Positions 36,577 to 54,600 of a DNA stretch of 64,000 bases are shown piece after piece; the first letter of the stretch is position 1; each line of letters begins with the position of its first letter. The translations under genes were made by a program, and so were the position numbers. This DNA comes from Perkinsus chesapeaki ATCC PRA-425 (Eukaryota > Protista > Perkinsozoa): NCBI GenBank assembly GCA_013115145.1, contig JAAPAO010000033.1, forward strand, positions 1-64,000. Direction: 5' to 3'. Under the pieces are notes generated by a model, which saw only the letters and a list, made by a program, of their open reading frames with translations, did no database searches and was not told the DNA's origin.

Positions 36577-38492
36577 TCAACGGAATAGTTCTGGAGCACC
36601 CAAGGAGTCAACATTCTCCCAACGCTTATTAGCATCAACCTAAACAAAGACAATCATAACAACAGAAGTTAGTAGCGTTCTAATAGTATTACCCAATTCT
36701 GTGATACAATAGGATGACCGAATGAATCATCCCTACATAACTGGAATTCAATATCACCACTAGGTGTAGGTGCCAAACAATAACTATTCCACATAAGCCT
36801 ATTATCTTCTAATTCAAAGTGTTGATTATCATTACCAATCATACACCAATAACTAACTGGACGAGCTCCTTCTCTATTAGCACTAGCTGCATCTAGACAT
36901 CTATCTTCTCCTATTGTTTTTAATATTCTACCCTTATCTTGCCAATAAAACCTTTGTGATTTATCATCAGGATTACAATTAGTTTCAACCCTAAATACAC
37001 CATTACGATGAGTTAGACATCCTTGTGATGTTTGTAACATAAAGCTCTGATAGGCCATATCATTAGCAGCAACCAATGGATCACGGAATTTAGTTAGGAA
37101 CCAATCAAAGTCATTAGGACACTTCCTATTAACTTGTGATATATCATCGGCAAGCCATTCATTAAACGGTAATGATGGTTGCCTTAACTGTGATGATGTT
37201 ACTAAATACCCTGGTCCAATGGTAACCTCTGATAACCGGGATACAATAATCTATTATTAAGTATAGGTACGGCATAAGTAGTAGTTAAATTATTATATTA
37301 CCTGTCCACCACAAAGCCATGTTCTCATACTAAGGCTTAGAGCAAGATGATCTTTTAATAATTTCTGATTAGTATCAACCTCATTGAGCCAAAACTTAGT
37401 AGTTGCAAAGACTGCTAACTGTGGTAATACTGGACTCTAAAGATAGAAATTATACTATTATTATTATAATATATAAACATACTTCATCAAGCTTATCAAT
37501 ATTAAGTGATGTTATCTGATAGCTGCTGCTCACTGCCCCTTGTACCCTAAAGTAGTTGTATACCATCCCAAATAATATTATTTATTATTATTATTATTAC
37601 CTGGTAGTTCCACTATAGTGTACTACTGGTATTGCAATACTATATTTCCTTACTAATGCCTCTCGTACAATACCATTTAACCAATCATGTGCAAGTCCAG
37701 TAACTCCTGCTTGTACCTAATATATCCTATACTCTACCCCTATTTAAAATTATCATACAAAGACTATAGTATCAGTTTGATCACTAGTACACTCCACATA
37801 CTTTGGCATTTTCTCAGACGAGCAATAGCGTACCTGTAATAACCATGAGCTACTAATAAAGATCTCATCGTTACATATGGATTGGTAGCACCTACACCAC
37901 CATCCAGTGCTATATCCTCTGGAGCATATAGAATAACTTCCTTAATAAGACTTTTAGAACTATTCTCCAAAACCTCATCAATTGTCTTAGATATATCACT
38001 AGATGTTATTTTTCCTCCTTCTAATGCACGTGGTACATATACCATAACTGATACATATGGATAACTAGCTGATCTTAACTCATCTCCAGCTTTATATTCA
38101 ACATGCTGGAATCCTTCACCTATTACGTATGTATCACTAATGTAGTGATATTGTTATTATTACTAGCTGTTGAATCCATACTATGTATCCATGCACTATT
38201 ATTGTTATAATCTCTTAAACTAACTATTAATGCTATTTGATTAGCTAGTAGCAATGCAGTTATTATAGAGAACCGCATATCCCTACGGAATATAATAAAC
38301 ACTAATAAGCTCATAGCACCCATTGCTATTGCCATACCAATGCCTGAGGTAAAGGTATATACTCTACGCCTTCCCTCCCCCTTTAATACCTGTCCATCGT
38401 AAAGGCTTTATTATCCCTAGAGCCAGAGCAGGGCCTATTAGAAGGCAAAGACGAGCCAGTATTGGGCTACCACGACCATGTTTACCAGCCAT
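36577..38492 (-). CDS. Polypeptide GalNAc-transferase-like protein with C-terminal ricin-B lectin domain, probably catalytically inactive
   Basis: Type II TM start. LIKEVILY (cf. LLKEIILVDD), DWLNGIV, LSLSMRTWLCGG and CPNDFDWFL, followed by the QxW/Cys beta-trefoil ORF 36669-37076. Confidence 0.7.
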
Positions 38493-38861
38493 AGTAGAGA
38501 TAAAAAATGCAGCTAGGATAAACAGAATATGTAATTCCAGAACAAAACTTATTACAGGGCCTTAAAGATTAACCTATGATATGCATCAAAGCATCGACTG
38601 GTAGGTTCACATACAAACTGAGACTGGTAGGTAACTGGTAGCTGCGACGTTATATAAATAGTGAAAGCTTATCAATGTTATATCCGTTAGTTATTATACT
38701 AAGGATACATAATAAACACGCTCCAGTAGAAAAGTTCAAGTGCTCCATTCTCACGTACAATTGCACACGACAATAGTTTTTCTCAAGTTGATCTAACGCA
38801 TGCGTGCAATAGAATTGTGTGCTGCTGCTGACCACCACATTCGGTTGGCATTGCTCAGTAT

Positions 38862-41346
38862 ATGTTTATTAATTTATCAAGCCGACGTCGGATATCTACA
38901 ACAGCTCTAGCAGTGCGTAGGAGGCCAGCATCAAAGGGTGCTATAACAGGGACAATAACAGAGGCCGAACAAGTTGCTTTATTATCACCTAAGAATCAAT
39001 CACATTATGTAGAACGGGCAGCTATGATGATGTCAAATGCTAGTATTGGGAACGAATCTAATGAAGTAATAATAGCCATGTAGAAGGGAGGGAGCAACTT
39101 GGGTTACTCAGTTACAAGCATATACAAGCCCAATAACAGCAGAGGTCCTTACAGTAATAGCACATACTCTTATTGAACGTATTAATGAGCTTGATGGGAA
39201 GGATTGTTATAGGATGATTATGGTATAATAACATTACTATTCTTATAATATATTAATAGGTTTAGGGATTAGGAAGCCTTGGCCTTTTATCACCACCATC
39301 TTTAACATTATTAACTGCTAGACTTAATAAATCTATAAAGGATCTACGATTAGAGGAGGTAGTTGATATAGCTAAACAGATAGTAAGGGCAGGTTTAGTG
39401 GATCATGGGGTAATAATAACACTACTACAATAATATATATATTATATACCTTAGGTCCCGCTCTTTGTCCTAGTGTCTCGTACAGTAGCTATGAAATTAA
39501 GCCTTACTACTGGTAAAGATCTATCAAGGCTCATTACTGCCTTTGCTGATGCTGGTATTACTGATGTTGCATTCTTTGATCGGTATGAGGAAGTATTCTA
39601 TACTCTTCCCATTTATCTCCTCTTAGTCTCGGTATACACCTTAGCGGTGTTATCCATACCTTGACTGTTGGGGTATTAATAGATGCATTAATGGGATTTG
39701 CACGTCTACGTATGCGACATGATCTACTCTTATTAAAAGCATCTGGTAATATAACTATGTTCTACTATTACCACTCCTATTACAGATGTACTTGCTTCTA
39801 AGATTGGTCAATTGGATGCCCAGCAACTATGTCAAGTAGCCTTTGTGTATGGTCGCTTTGAACAGGTCCATCCTGCCTTACATGAGGCTTTAGAAAGGCA
39901 AATGGGGAAGGTATTAAGGTATGCAGTCATTCAACAGTTAGACTCTCCTTTTATAGGTGTTTGTTATAACTGCACCTGATGTTGCTGGTCAATTACCCCT
40001 TGCCTCTATATGTGATTTGACTATATCAATAGCTGTATTAGACTTGCAGTGGGTTGGACAGAGGGCTTACCTAGAATACATGTTAAATAACGCTGATTGG
40101 GATGAGATACCAATGCCTGGTATGACAGTATTACTCCTACTATTACATACCAGTTAGGACGTGTATGTGCATCAATGGCCCGTCTTAAAGCTACCCCTCC
40201 CTTATCAGCATTTAGACGGGCAGCATCTTGTAGCAGTATAGAAGTATGTGATTGGCTAGCTGCTTGTGGTGATATAGCTGAACGAGGATATGATATTAGC
40301 TCTGATGACTTTAAGAGTATTATAATGTAATATATCAGTGGGAGCCTGATAGCATTATTATTAGGCTCACTGCTAATCGTATGGTATCCCAGTTAGTATC
40401 TATTATATCAACCTTAACAATACGTGATGTAGCTGTAGTATTAAGAGCTATACGCCTATTACCACCATCATTTGCTAATCAATGTAATGATATCATTCCG
40501 GCACTTGAGGTAAGTCCAATGATTGTCACTTATTTACAACCATTAATAATAGTAGGCTCGTTACAGTGAGTTATGTAGTAGACTAGGTAAGGGTAGTATA
40601 CCTCCCCGTATAGCTGTATCTGTTATGTATTCAAGGCTATTATTAAATAGGCCTATAACACAAGAGGGAGTGCAAGTAAGATATTAACATATATCCTTAG
40701 TATCCTGGAGTAGACTCGTAGTATAATAGATACTTGTAGATGAGCTTCATAGCTTACCACCAGACCTTAGAGATGATGATCCTCATCAACTTGCTGTTAT
40801 ACAATACATACTTGGCTTAAATACAGGTAATACTAGGATCAATGTGGGTTAACAAGTATTATAATTAGTGTAGTTACAAACTATCAACCAACCTTAAGAT
40901 ATTCCCCACATGGACATGATATCCTACTAGCTCTGGGTGGCCCTACTAGGGATGGTCAAAGGCGTATTGGGTGTAGAGAGGGACCCTTCCAAATTGATGT
41001 TATTGACACCACGTTAGATCCAGCTACTATGTAATATCGATGTATTACTATATACTATCTAATATACAGATACATATGCCTTAGTGGTATAGACTTTGCG
41101 ATGGATGGTGATTTAAGTAACTATACTAAAGTACGATTAGAAGCCTTGCATAGTAGAGGAGGATGGCCAAGAGTTATACCAATAGCTAGTCGAAGCTGGA
41201 GAATGGCTGTTGATAAGGAAGCATTCCTACATGAAGCTACTAATAAAGGGGAGGGATGGACTAACTCGGTACGGACTACACAACCGTCCAACACTCCTGG
41301 TATAAAATCCGCATGTGTTTCTGATACTAATTCACGTTTCAGTTGA
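38862..41346 (+). CDS. RAP-domain organellar RNA-binding protein
   Basis: Transit-peptide-like N-terminus and helical repeats (LSRLITAFADAG; LCQVAFVYGR). C-terminal GPFQIDV...YTKVRLEALH..GWPRVIPI..W. Confidence 0.7.
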
Positions 41347-41428
41347 CTATAGATATGACTTTAGTTGTTGTTGATATAGTGTTGTATTTATCCATATAGT
41401 AGTAGTAGTTAACCATACATTAACCGTA

Positions 41429-44344
<2,916 letters not shown>

Positions 44345-44474
44345 ATGATGATAATACTAATATCATCTAACGTATCTACTGTCTAATATAAGGATTTGTG
44401 TTAGTAATAACCCATACTACTATTTACAACAACAAACACTTATATAAATAATGAAACATACAGATATGACACTT

Positions 44475-45219
44475 TTAAGCATCTTCACACCATTTATTCT
44501 CCTCACGTAGCTGATATAACAAATAATATATAATAATAAATAATACTATTACTTGTGCCTCCTCTTCTGGTGTGAAGTCATTAACGATATTGAATTGTTT
44601 ACGAATCTCTTCAGTTGTCTTACCCTTAATCATAGATGCAACCTAGATAAAGGTATGTATCCAGTAGATGGGGAGTAATAATACCTTAGCACAAGTGAGA
44701 TCCAATAGAGGTTTAATATCCATATAGTTAGCAGCCAATATTAGTTCGAATAACATCTCCTAGTATAATAACCTTAGTAATGCTACTAATGCTCATATTA
44801 CCTGTTCAACATTAACGTATTCACAGTCCCAATCACTGACACCACATTCAGCCAAGTTAGTTGACTTAAGAGGTTTAGTTATCTCATCGGGCGGGTTATC
44901 CTTATGATGCTTACAATACTCAATCACCTACATCATATTAGGCAACTTACACTATCACAATGAAATTACCACACTACACTATAAGGAACCCATCTATATT
45001 ACCTTGGCCAATATAGCAGTCTTTACATTAGGTAAAGGTATCTCTTCATCAACACCACCATCCTCTACCATATTCTGGATAAGGTTTGACATACAAGCGA
45101 CATCCGTCTAAGAGTGAATACTCCGGCTATTAACCCCAATACCATATTACCGGAACTTCAAAGACCTCTCCTTGAGAAGACCTCAACATAACCATATCCC
45201 CTTCGTTGGTAGTAGTCAT
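44475..45219 (-). CDS. SKP1: SKP1 (SCF adaptor), tandem copy 2
   Basis: [77 protein letters not shown]. Confidence 0.95.
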
Positions 45220-45360
45220 AGTTATATAATACAATATCTAATAATTATTATCTACTAAACTAGGATCATATTAAATAATGAGAATATGTTAGTGTGTGAA
45301 ATGTGTAGATAACAATAATTATCACATAGCATTATTATTATCCTGGAAGTTAGGTTTACC

Positions 45361-46078
45361 CTAAGCATCTTCACACCATCTATTCTCCTCTCGTACCTAT
45401 AATTAATAACATATTTCACGCACCATATTCTTACTTTAGCCTCCTCTTCTGGTGTAAAGTCATTAACGATATTGAATTGTTTACGAATTTCCTCGGGTGT
45501 TTTACCCTTAATCATAGATGCAACCTAAATATATCAATCATACATACATATATATTTAAATTAATTACCTTAGCACAGGTAAGGTCTAATAGGGGTTTAA
45601 TGTCCAAGTAGTTAGCAGCCAGAATTAGTTCAAATAGTACTTCCTAATATTATTGATAATAATTCAGTGATATATACATTATTACTTGTTCAATGTTAAC
45701 GTATTCACAGTCCCAATCACTGACACCACATTCAGCAAGACTAGTGGATTTAAGTGGTTTAGTTATCTCATCAGGTGGAGTATCTTTATGATGCTTACAA
45801 TACTCAATCACCTAGTACAGTGAGTAAGATATAACGTTTATTTATATTAATAACCCTATTTTACCTTAGCCAATATAGCAGTCTTTACATTAGGTAAAGG
45901 TATCTCTTCATCAATACCACCATCCTCTACCATATTCTGGATAAGGTTTGACATACAAGCGACTGCGGACTGAAATGATGTCAATAAAGCCACCAAGTAG
46001 ATCATGAGATATTACCTCCACTTCAAATACCTCACCTTGGGAGGAACGTAATTGTATCATATCACTGGAGGACGCCAT
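45361..46078 (-). CDS. SKP1: SKP1 (SCF adaptor), tandem copy 1
   Basis: Same motifs and intron positions as copy 2. Ends [11 protein letters not shown]. Confidence 0.95.
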
Positions 46079-46211
46079 GGTAAAAGGTCCACAACGCTGA
46101 CGGATAACAAGAATGCTCAAGTGTGATGTCCATCTATAACGGTGCTCCGCTCCGCTCAAAAGTAGCGCACGATTTGCTTTTTTGTTTTTGATATCGGGTT
46201 GTTGCACTGAA

Positions 46212-48189
46212 ATGGCATCTTATGCTCCTCCTCCTACTGCTACTCCGAATGAATCTCCTATGAATGGTATATCAGAGGCAATTGATACTATTATACATAA
46301 TAAACTATGTGCAGTAAATCCACATGATCCAACATGTAAGGGAACTCATCCATTTGGAGGTAGTATAATGATTATATATAACTTAGATATTATTAATATA
46401 TTATTAGATACAATACATAATAATCATACATGGTGGGGATATGGTAAAGGTGGTTTACAACAGGCTAATGTAATAATCATACTATTATATTATAGCGTTA
46501 CTTTAGGTAAGGAAAGATGGTGAATGTGAAGGTGTACAGCTTATACCTATTGATAAGGTTGCTGATACTAATATTATACAGGGTATACAAAGACATAGGC
46601 CATATCAAGTAATAATATATTATATTACCTTCAAGACAGATATAGGTACTACTTCAAGAACACGGTGGATTGAATCTATTATCATGTAGCATAGTGCCTA
46701 GACAGCTGGCTAAAGGGAAGTATTGTAACATGATAGATGACCATGGATTTCTATGGTATTATATAGCTGTGTTAAAGTAATGTTATTAATAGTAGTAATT
46801 ATAGGAGGAGTAATTATAATATACTACTACTCCAATTAAAGTATGATAAGTGATGGAGCATCCGCTTCTACAGCACCTATTAATCATCCAACAGTTAAGA
46901 AGAGTATTACTCATCTGACCGATAATATAGATAATCATCCTTGTCTTGCAAATAGGAGATTTATTAGGTTAGTAGTAGGTATTGTAATAAAGAGTAGGTG
47001 TTGGAATAGGTATTCTACCAGTGGTACTAATAACAAATTATCTAATATACCCGTTAAGCGATACACCGATAGGAATTTTGAAATCCAGACAGGTAGCATA
47101 CGGTGTCTGATGAGTAGAGTGGGTTATATAGGATTTCCTTCCCTTGGTCGGAATAGGAGACTATCGGACTGTATCCTAGGACAGGTAATCCAGGCAGTGT
47201 GGTAGTAGTAGAATGGTGGTATAAGTAATGGTAGTATGTAGGAACTAGCTACACCTAGAGTACATGACCTACTAACTGATAATTGTATGGCACCTAAGAA
47301 GGATCATGGTAATATTAATAATAGGTTATAGAACGATAAGAAATAGGATTAGGTGGTGGCGGTGAAAGGATAGGATTACTAGCATCACCAGCTGATTTAG
47401 CATCAAGATTTGATGAAACTCTTAATAGGATGACACCTGTATCATCTGTTAAGAAGATGACTATAGAGGAGGAAGAGAATAGTAATGAGAGGGAGGTGAT
47501 AGAGGGATAGGTCATAAGGCTACCAACCGTGCATGATGTACAGATGGAGAATGAGGCAATTGCTAATAGTCTAACAGCTAGGGCTGATGAGATGCTAAAT
47601 CACTTTGCCACCACCCAACCACCAACTAGGAGACATTTTTCGAGGTAATACTCTACTTACTCGGTATATCAAATATCTGACAAGGTATTCGGCAGCGGTC
47701 CATCCAAGTGATGCGATAAGGAAGACTAATGAAGCAGTTGCTGCTCGTACAGCACGACGTAGGAGTAAGAATGTTAAGTCGGCGGATAGATTGGATAAGG
47801 CGACCAATTGCAGCAGGTATTGGTAATTTGAACAATGAGATTGAGGATGAAGAACTAGGGTCACCTATTAATCAAGAACTCATTGATGGTGTATGTAGTA
47901 TGCCTTATATGTGAGTATATGTCCAATATGTTAGGTGGAGATGGTTAGTGATATAGCATCATCACCAAGTAGATCGGATAATATTACTATGACACCCGCG
48001 GCAGCAGCATCAGCAGCTGGTACGCCATCAGGACAGGTGAATATTGCCTAATGTTATATAATAATGTATGGTATTTAGAAGGATGATGATGATGATGCGA
48101 TATCCAAATCTTCCCCACCAACATTCAAAAGGCGTAGATCTGCCCGACTATCTGGGTCTGGTAAACGTTCTAGAATGTCTGAAAATTAG
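46212..48189 (+). CDS. Hypothetical multi-exon protein with a basic, SP-rich C-terminus
   Basis: Exon-like frames from MASYAPPPT to SPTFKRRRSARLSG..RMSEN* with GT-AG introns. Confidence 0.4.
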
Positions 48190-48633
48190 GATGATTATGA
48201 TTTAATTAATATTGATTGATATAGAATGCAAGTGTAATCATAATAACTGGTCTCTACTATCCATGCTACTACTACTATCCATGCCACTTAGTAGTGTTGT
48301 GTTGTAAGTGTTATACTACTATCCAATTGCGCCTTTGTTGTATTGCCTGTCACACCAACGATAAGTTGGCATTATTGCGCAACGCGAGGGACGGTCGCAA
48401 TACAAAGACAGCACTGCTGTTCACTACAGTACTGCTGTGTCATCACAGTGGGTCTTTGTTACTGGCGTCATGTCTGATATTGTAGTTTGATGTATGGTTC
48501 GTTATTACTAACATGACTGGTAACATAACATAATAATATCATTTAATGGATACTGTTATTCATAGCACATTCATAACATCATAGACGCATTAGACTAATA
48601 CTTATATCATACGTTAACTATAAGACTTTGCTT

Positions 48634-51600
48634 TTAGTTAATCATAACTACTAATAAAAAGAAGAAGCTGAACATTTCTATTGTCCATAACAAAAAGATA
48701 TTGAATGGCAATCCCCCATTGGAGACACCGCCGCCCTGCAGATATCTCATACAAGCTACTGTTCCATCAGCCTTATTAGCCTCATCACACTCTCCTTGAA
48801 GGACAGCTGCTTGGATATCATCACATGACGACATACCACACATCCATTTACCAGATGATAGATCGCACCTTATAGTAACAGTCTTGTTGTTAGTTCAAAT
48901 GCTGCTCATTGCTTACCAACTATTCTCGAGAGGCGCCTTTCCGACACAATCTGTCCCCTCATCTCCTAATAGTGCCCTACGTGCCATATCCTCTGTTATA
49001 AGAGGTAACACTAACCCAGATAATACACCAGGCAATGTAACAGTAAACCTAGTAAGCCACGTAGCTGCTGCTGCTGTACTATAATGCTAAGATCAGACCC
49101 TTACTCATACCTTGAATGTCCTGACATACCCATATACGTAGGGTTTGTTATATCATAACATTTAGTCTGAGGTAGAGCATAATCTCCAGGCACATTAGCC
49201 GTAGCCAAATATCTGAATAATGAATACCTCAAAGGTAAGGTATTCACCCACTACTTGAATGTCATCTCTTGTGATGCTGTTATACCATCCACCTCCCACA
49301 CAACACTATCTTTCCCTGTTCGTTTAGTAACCCTTTGACAAGGTAACCACCAATGACTGTTACATGGCATTAATGTAGATGAGGAGGAGGAGGAGGAGCG
49401 TTTAGAGTATTCAATACCTAAACCTGATTATTACTATACAACTTTCCTAGATATTTCACCTGTTGCCGCGGTGTCAAGATTTAATGAATCAATATTATCA
49501 TCTAATGGTTCTAGGCCACTTGGAGTCATATCCTACAATAGTTACATGGATGTTAATGTAACATGTTAATGTTAATAGTTACTGGATGGTAATACTAATA
49601 GATGGTAATACTACTTCCAATATGAATGTTCTAACATCATCATGTGTATTAACAGTAATAGTAATACATACTAGTTGTCCTGTTATTGCTGATGTTAGCA
49701 TTTTACCGATACATTCACCATTGTTTGGGTTAAATACCTATTCCCAGCAAGCGTCATCATCTCCCAGTAATAAGTGTTATCCTTACCTGTATAAACTTCT
49801 TAACCATAAAGCCTCTATCAATTGGCCATTGGAATGGATGACGTGGTAGTATGTTGGCTGTTAGGAATGATAATGCTGTACCAGTACCAGTTACATTCCA
49901 CCTAAATGAGACCGCCGTAGGTGCTTAAGATATGATGATACACTGTAATGTTGTTACTTCAAGGTAGTGTTAAAAGGCAGGTGGGGTAAGTTAGTATATG
50001 ATAAATAGGAGGATGTTATATTCTTATTTAACTGTGTATTCCATATAATATAACCATCCTCTGATACAGTCACCTGTACAGCAGCAGCAGATATACCAGA
50101 TCATCATCCATACTTCGACATACATTCAATGATAGGCCTGCATTATCATTAGTAAGAGAGTTATCTACTGCATTAAAGGCTTGTATAGCATGGATGAGGG
50201 TCTCTGTGGATAAGCTAATATACAATAAGTTACGGTTTATCTACCTTATCACTTACCCTTTATTATATATACCCCACTTCCCCTCAATACCTCCTTGACC
50301 TACCCAAACACCAATCCTCCATAATAGTTCTATATCTAATATCAATAATACAATGTCATTATCATCTTTATCCTCCTCACCTTCGCCCTGTGCTTTAACA
50401 CTTATAGCTGCCAAATGTAAGGCCAATGCCTGTAGGTTATCAGATAATGGAGATGCTGATGCTGGATATGCTATATACCTGATAAACAACAGCTTATAAC
50501 AGTGCTACTGCTGGTAGTGGTGGTTAACCCGTACGCAGTATCACTGCTACTAATACGTATATTATTCCATAACAGTGTCTGAGCATCTTGTATTGATATA
50601 TCACTAGTAGATACTTTAACCAATAACCAGGCTGTAAGGCTGTGATCCATAGGCCCCTCTAGCATAGCGGTAAAGGATTTAATATCATCATAAGGGTGTG
50701 GTAGACCATCGAGTCTAGTAGCTCCTAACATGGAAAGATAGTTAATGGTTAACAGTAGGGAATAGCATTAGTACCAGTAGCATGATATAACCTTGCAACA
50801 TCCTCATAGGGCTTAGCATGAGGATATGTATTTATTATATCTTTAATGGCATCAACGGCAGGCTTAAGCCACAGTTGTCTAGCAGTAGCGGCATACTGTT
50901 TATATTCTTTAAATGCTAATATAGCCATAGACTGCAGCCATATGCTAGTATATGATGGCTCAGGAGAATCTATACACTTTATTAAATGGTTATTATAAAT
51001 ATATTGTTATTACTTCTACTCCACTTTAATACACCATTAACAGCAGTATGAATGTCTATAAGCTGCTGTAGTATTAACTTTGTTATTTTACCATCAATAT
51101 CATCATCATCATTATCATCATCATACCCCCCACGCATCGCCATCGGTATATCCTTTACCCTCAGCACACCTATATTATAACATTCAATAAATACACCGAT
51201 TATACTATACTACTACTTAAACAGTATGCCGCAGCTATTAGTGTATCAGTCCTTATATCATCATCCTTATCATTATTACTCCCATAATCAATATAAGGCT
51301 TAAATGCACTATTATTACAGTGATGGACTATTCTAGGATAGAAGGATGATTCGACAGATAACTGTAATGTAGATGCTGAAGGTATTAGCTCTGGTAAAGC
51401 TATCTCATCTTCCCACTGAGGATAGTAGGAGATAGGTGAAGAAATGCATTATGGTACTTCGAGTAATATATTACCAAACTTCCTTGTGCTTGTGATGATG
51501 ATGATGATGATGATGATGATGCTGGTATTGCCCTACTAGTCCCTATAACTATAGGTTGACTATGTGGCCCAATCATAATATGTATTATTATATCATCTAG

Positions 51601-54600
51601 TATGGTATCATCATCTCCATCCATTAGCCTATAATGTATCTGATATACATTGTCCACTTATCCAATAACATTAACACAGTTATATTGTCTCACCCAAGCA
51701 GTATTGAGTGTTGTGGTATTATGTTGTTGAGTATAAGCTACTACAGGCATTTTAAATAGAGCATAGGGAACACCAGCATTCCCTGGTATTATGATAACAT
51801 CTTTCCTACTCATATCATCATCCTCATCAATTGGTGAGAATACCTCCTCAGATACATTATGTATTAATACCTGCACCATAATCCATCACAGTCAGCAGCA
51901 GTGGTGGTGGTGGTGTAGACTAACCGATAGATTCATTGATATTAGTTCATCCACTGTATAATTAGGTGCTATAACAGCAACTCCCATGAAGGGCTCATCT
52001 GTGATCCTATCCACCACACCATCCTGGCATTATAATCCTCTATCTACTTTAGTTACCTTAGGGCTCTGGGGATGTATGGTTCCATATATATAGGAGATGA
52101 CACTGTTATAGTAGACTGAGTACTGGCAAGCTGAGTTATATTATCATTATCATTATACCCTATCATATAGGCATTTATAATATACCTGCATTGGATGTAG
52201 CCTTCATAATCAACATATCAACAAGTATCATGTACTACCTCTGCCGGTGTTGTGGTAAGATAAAGCTAGCTGTAGCATTACCATTACTAGTAAGATTGAT
52301 AGTAGTATAATAAACCATCTTTGGGGTATCAGTAGCTGACAACAACACAGACACAGGCTTATGGTTATGGTGGTAACAGGAGCAGCAGCAGTAAGGGCAG
52401 AAATTAATGTTGCCCCCTCATACCTTCTCTTGGAGGTGCACTGGTGGCATCTTGTCCATTAGTTGGACTGTTATTATCCTGTGCTCCTCCAGGTGACCGG
52501 TCACTCGGTGCTAAACCAGCATCGGCATCAAAGTCGAAACTGAACGGACTACATGGAATGAATCCTACCAGGCATATCCAATAGAGGGTTGTTGACGGAG
52601 CCACTCTCAAGAGGGGAGGTGTAGTACACTTCATCATCTATTCCATCCTTTTCCCTATACCCACATCGTCCATTATAACGAGGTGCAACAGCAGCAACAG
52701 GATTGTCATCACTGACAATATAATGAGATGCTAATCCTCTATAGTCTACCATTACGCCTTGTAATTGCCAGGTCCTAACTGTTGCTCAAATATAGAGGTA
52801 TTAAGGTAAGGTAGATAGTCATTATCTATCCAGTATGGGTCAAAGTCCACCTGTAAAGGCCATAATAATAAGCCTTAATGGTGGCTTGGATGGCAATAGT
52901 ATACATACATTGATCCATGGGTCATCTTCGGCAATAGACCATAGATGGTATGCGTTACTGGATAATGTCTTACTAGATGATATAAAGGAATGGGAATCCA
53001 TCATACTGCAGGTTACTGTACCCATCATACCTACTTAATACAATAGTATACCATGGAAAGGATTGACTTAACTATACCTATAACATTTTGGATAGTATTA
53101 GGGGTATTTAATGGCTTTAAGTCGAGGACTCCTTTATCCACTACAGTTAGGATAACTCTACCATTTGGTACTCCACCATTTATCGATAATGTTACCTACA
53201 TTCATCCAGTATCACGAATTACTTCTTACATACTTGCTCCTTACCTCCTCTCCAGGTAAATACTCCTCATCCTTATCAGTATGCACACTAAAGGTGTCTC
53301 TATACTTATTATAAGGTAATGCTAACTGTGATGATATATCTAGTACTGCACTACCACTAGCGTATCTAACACATCACCATATTGGGCAGATATATAAGTA
53401 AACCACCACTCTCACCTTGATCCTCCCCAATGTGGTATGATACCACTCTCCCTATCATCAGACAGTGATAGGCTGAAGGGCAACTGTGTGTTGATAGTTT
53501 GCCAAAAGTATGCCGAGAATGTAATAGAATTGCCTGTAATAAGATGGACACCATCACCACCACCCACATGCATGAGGATCGAGTAGCCTCCTTCTCACCC
53601 AGTGAAGTTAAGTTGTATACTGTAATGATTCTAGTAAAGGTGTTGTTGAGGTAATAACCCTTATCTAGGGTTAATAGACCACTATGACCGCCAGGCCAAG
53701 TTACCCTAAGGTACATATACTGCAAGGGCTGCTGCTGTTGCTAGGGTTGTTGTTGCTACTACTATCTTCCTACCATACAAAAGTATCCTCCTCTGCATTT
53801 GGGTAGGGATTAGCACAGCTAAGTTGAACTTCATTTGCACTATAACCAACCGTAGCCGCCAAACCTGAACCAATATATACACTATGTCAAGTGGTATGAT
53901 AGTTCACCATTATTAAGACTTGCTGTGCATTTAACACTTTCCATATTAAAGGCATAAGTAGTTACTTTAGGTGTTGACTGTATAACTTTACATACCTTCA
54001 CTGGTGAGGAGGAGGAGGGGCCATCGTCGTCGATGGTGTTATCCCTCTCAACCTACACTACTATACGCATGTCAAGCTGATGTGCCTACTACCTCAACCA
54101 CTATAGCATAGTCGTTTGCAATGTTGTCATCATCCAATACCATAGTACACTCAACGAGCGCATTGGCCACAGACACAGAACAGTTGCTCTTAGAGATCTG
54201 GATTAGGTCATCTTTATTAGCATCAGTACTCAAGGTAGCATCTCTACAGGTGGTACTAGGTGTAGCATAGGCCCTTTCACAAAATGGTATGTAGCTCAAC
54301 GTGACAGTATCCTACCTAGCTGAGAGTTCATCAAGTGATGATGATGACCGAGTATTGTTAGTAAAAGTGACATATGTGATAGCTTGGAATATTATACCAG
54401 GTATAGGGTTCGTGACCGATAACTCCAGTCCATCAAGGGATAGTATAGGATGTTTAATGGATATACTTCCACTACAGCTTAGTACAGCACCAAGAGGGTC
54501 TCGAGATACAGCTGTAATCTGCATAAATACATAACATGTTTTGAACCTAACTGCTGTTATACTTCTTCGCTAACTCACCTCTATAATATACCCTTCTTGC

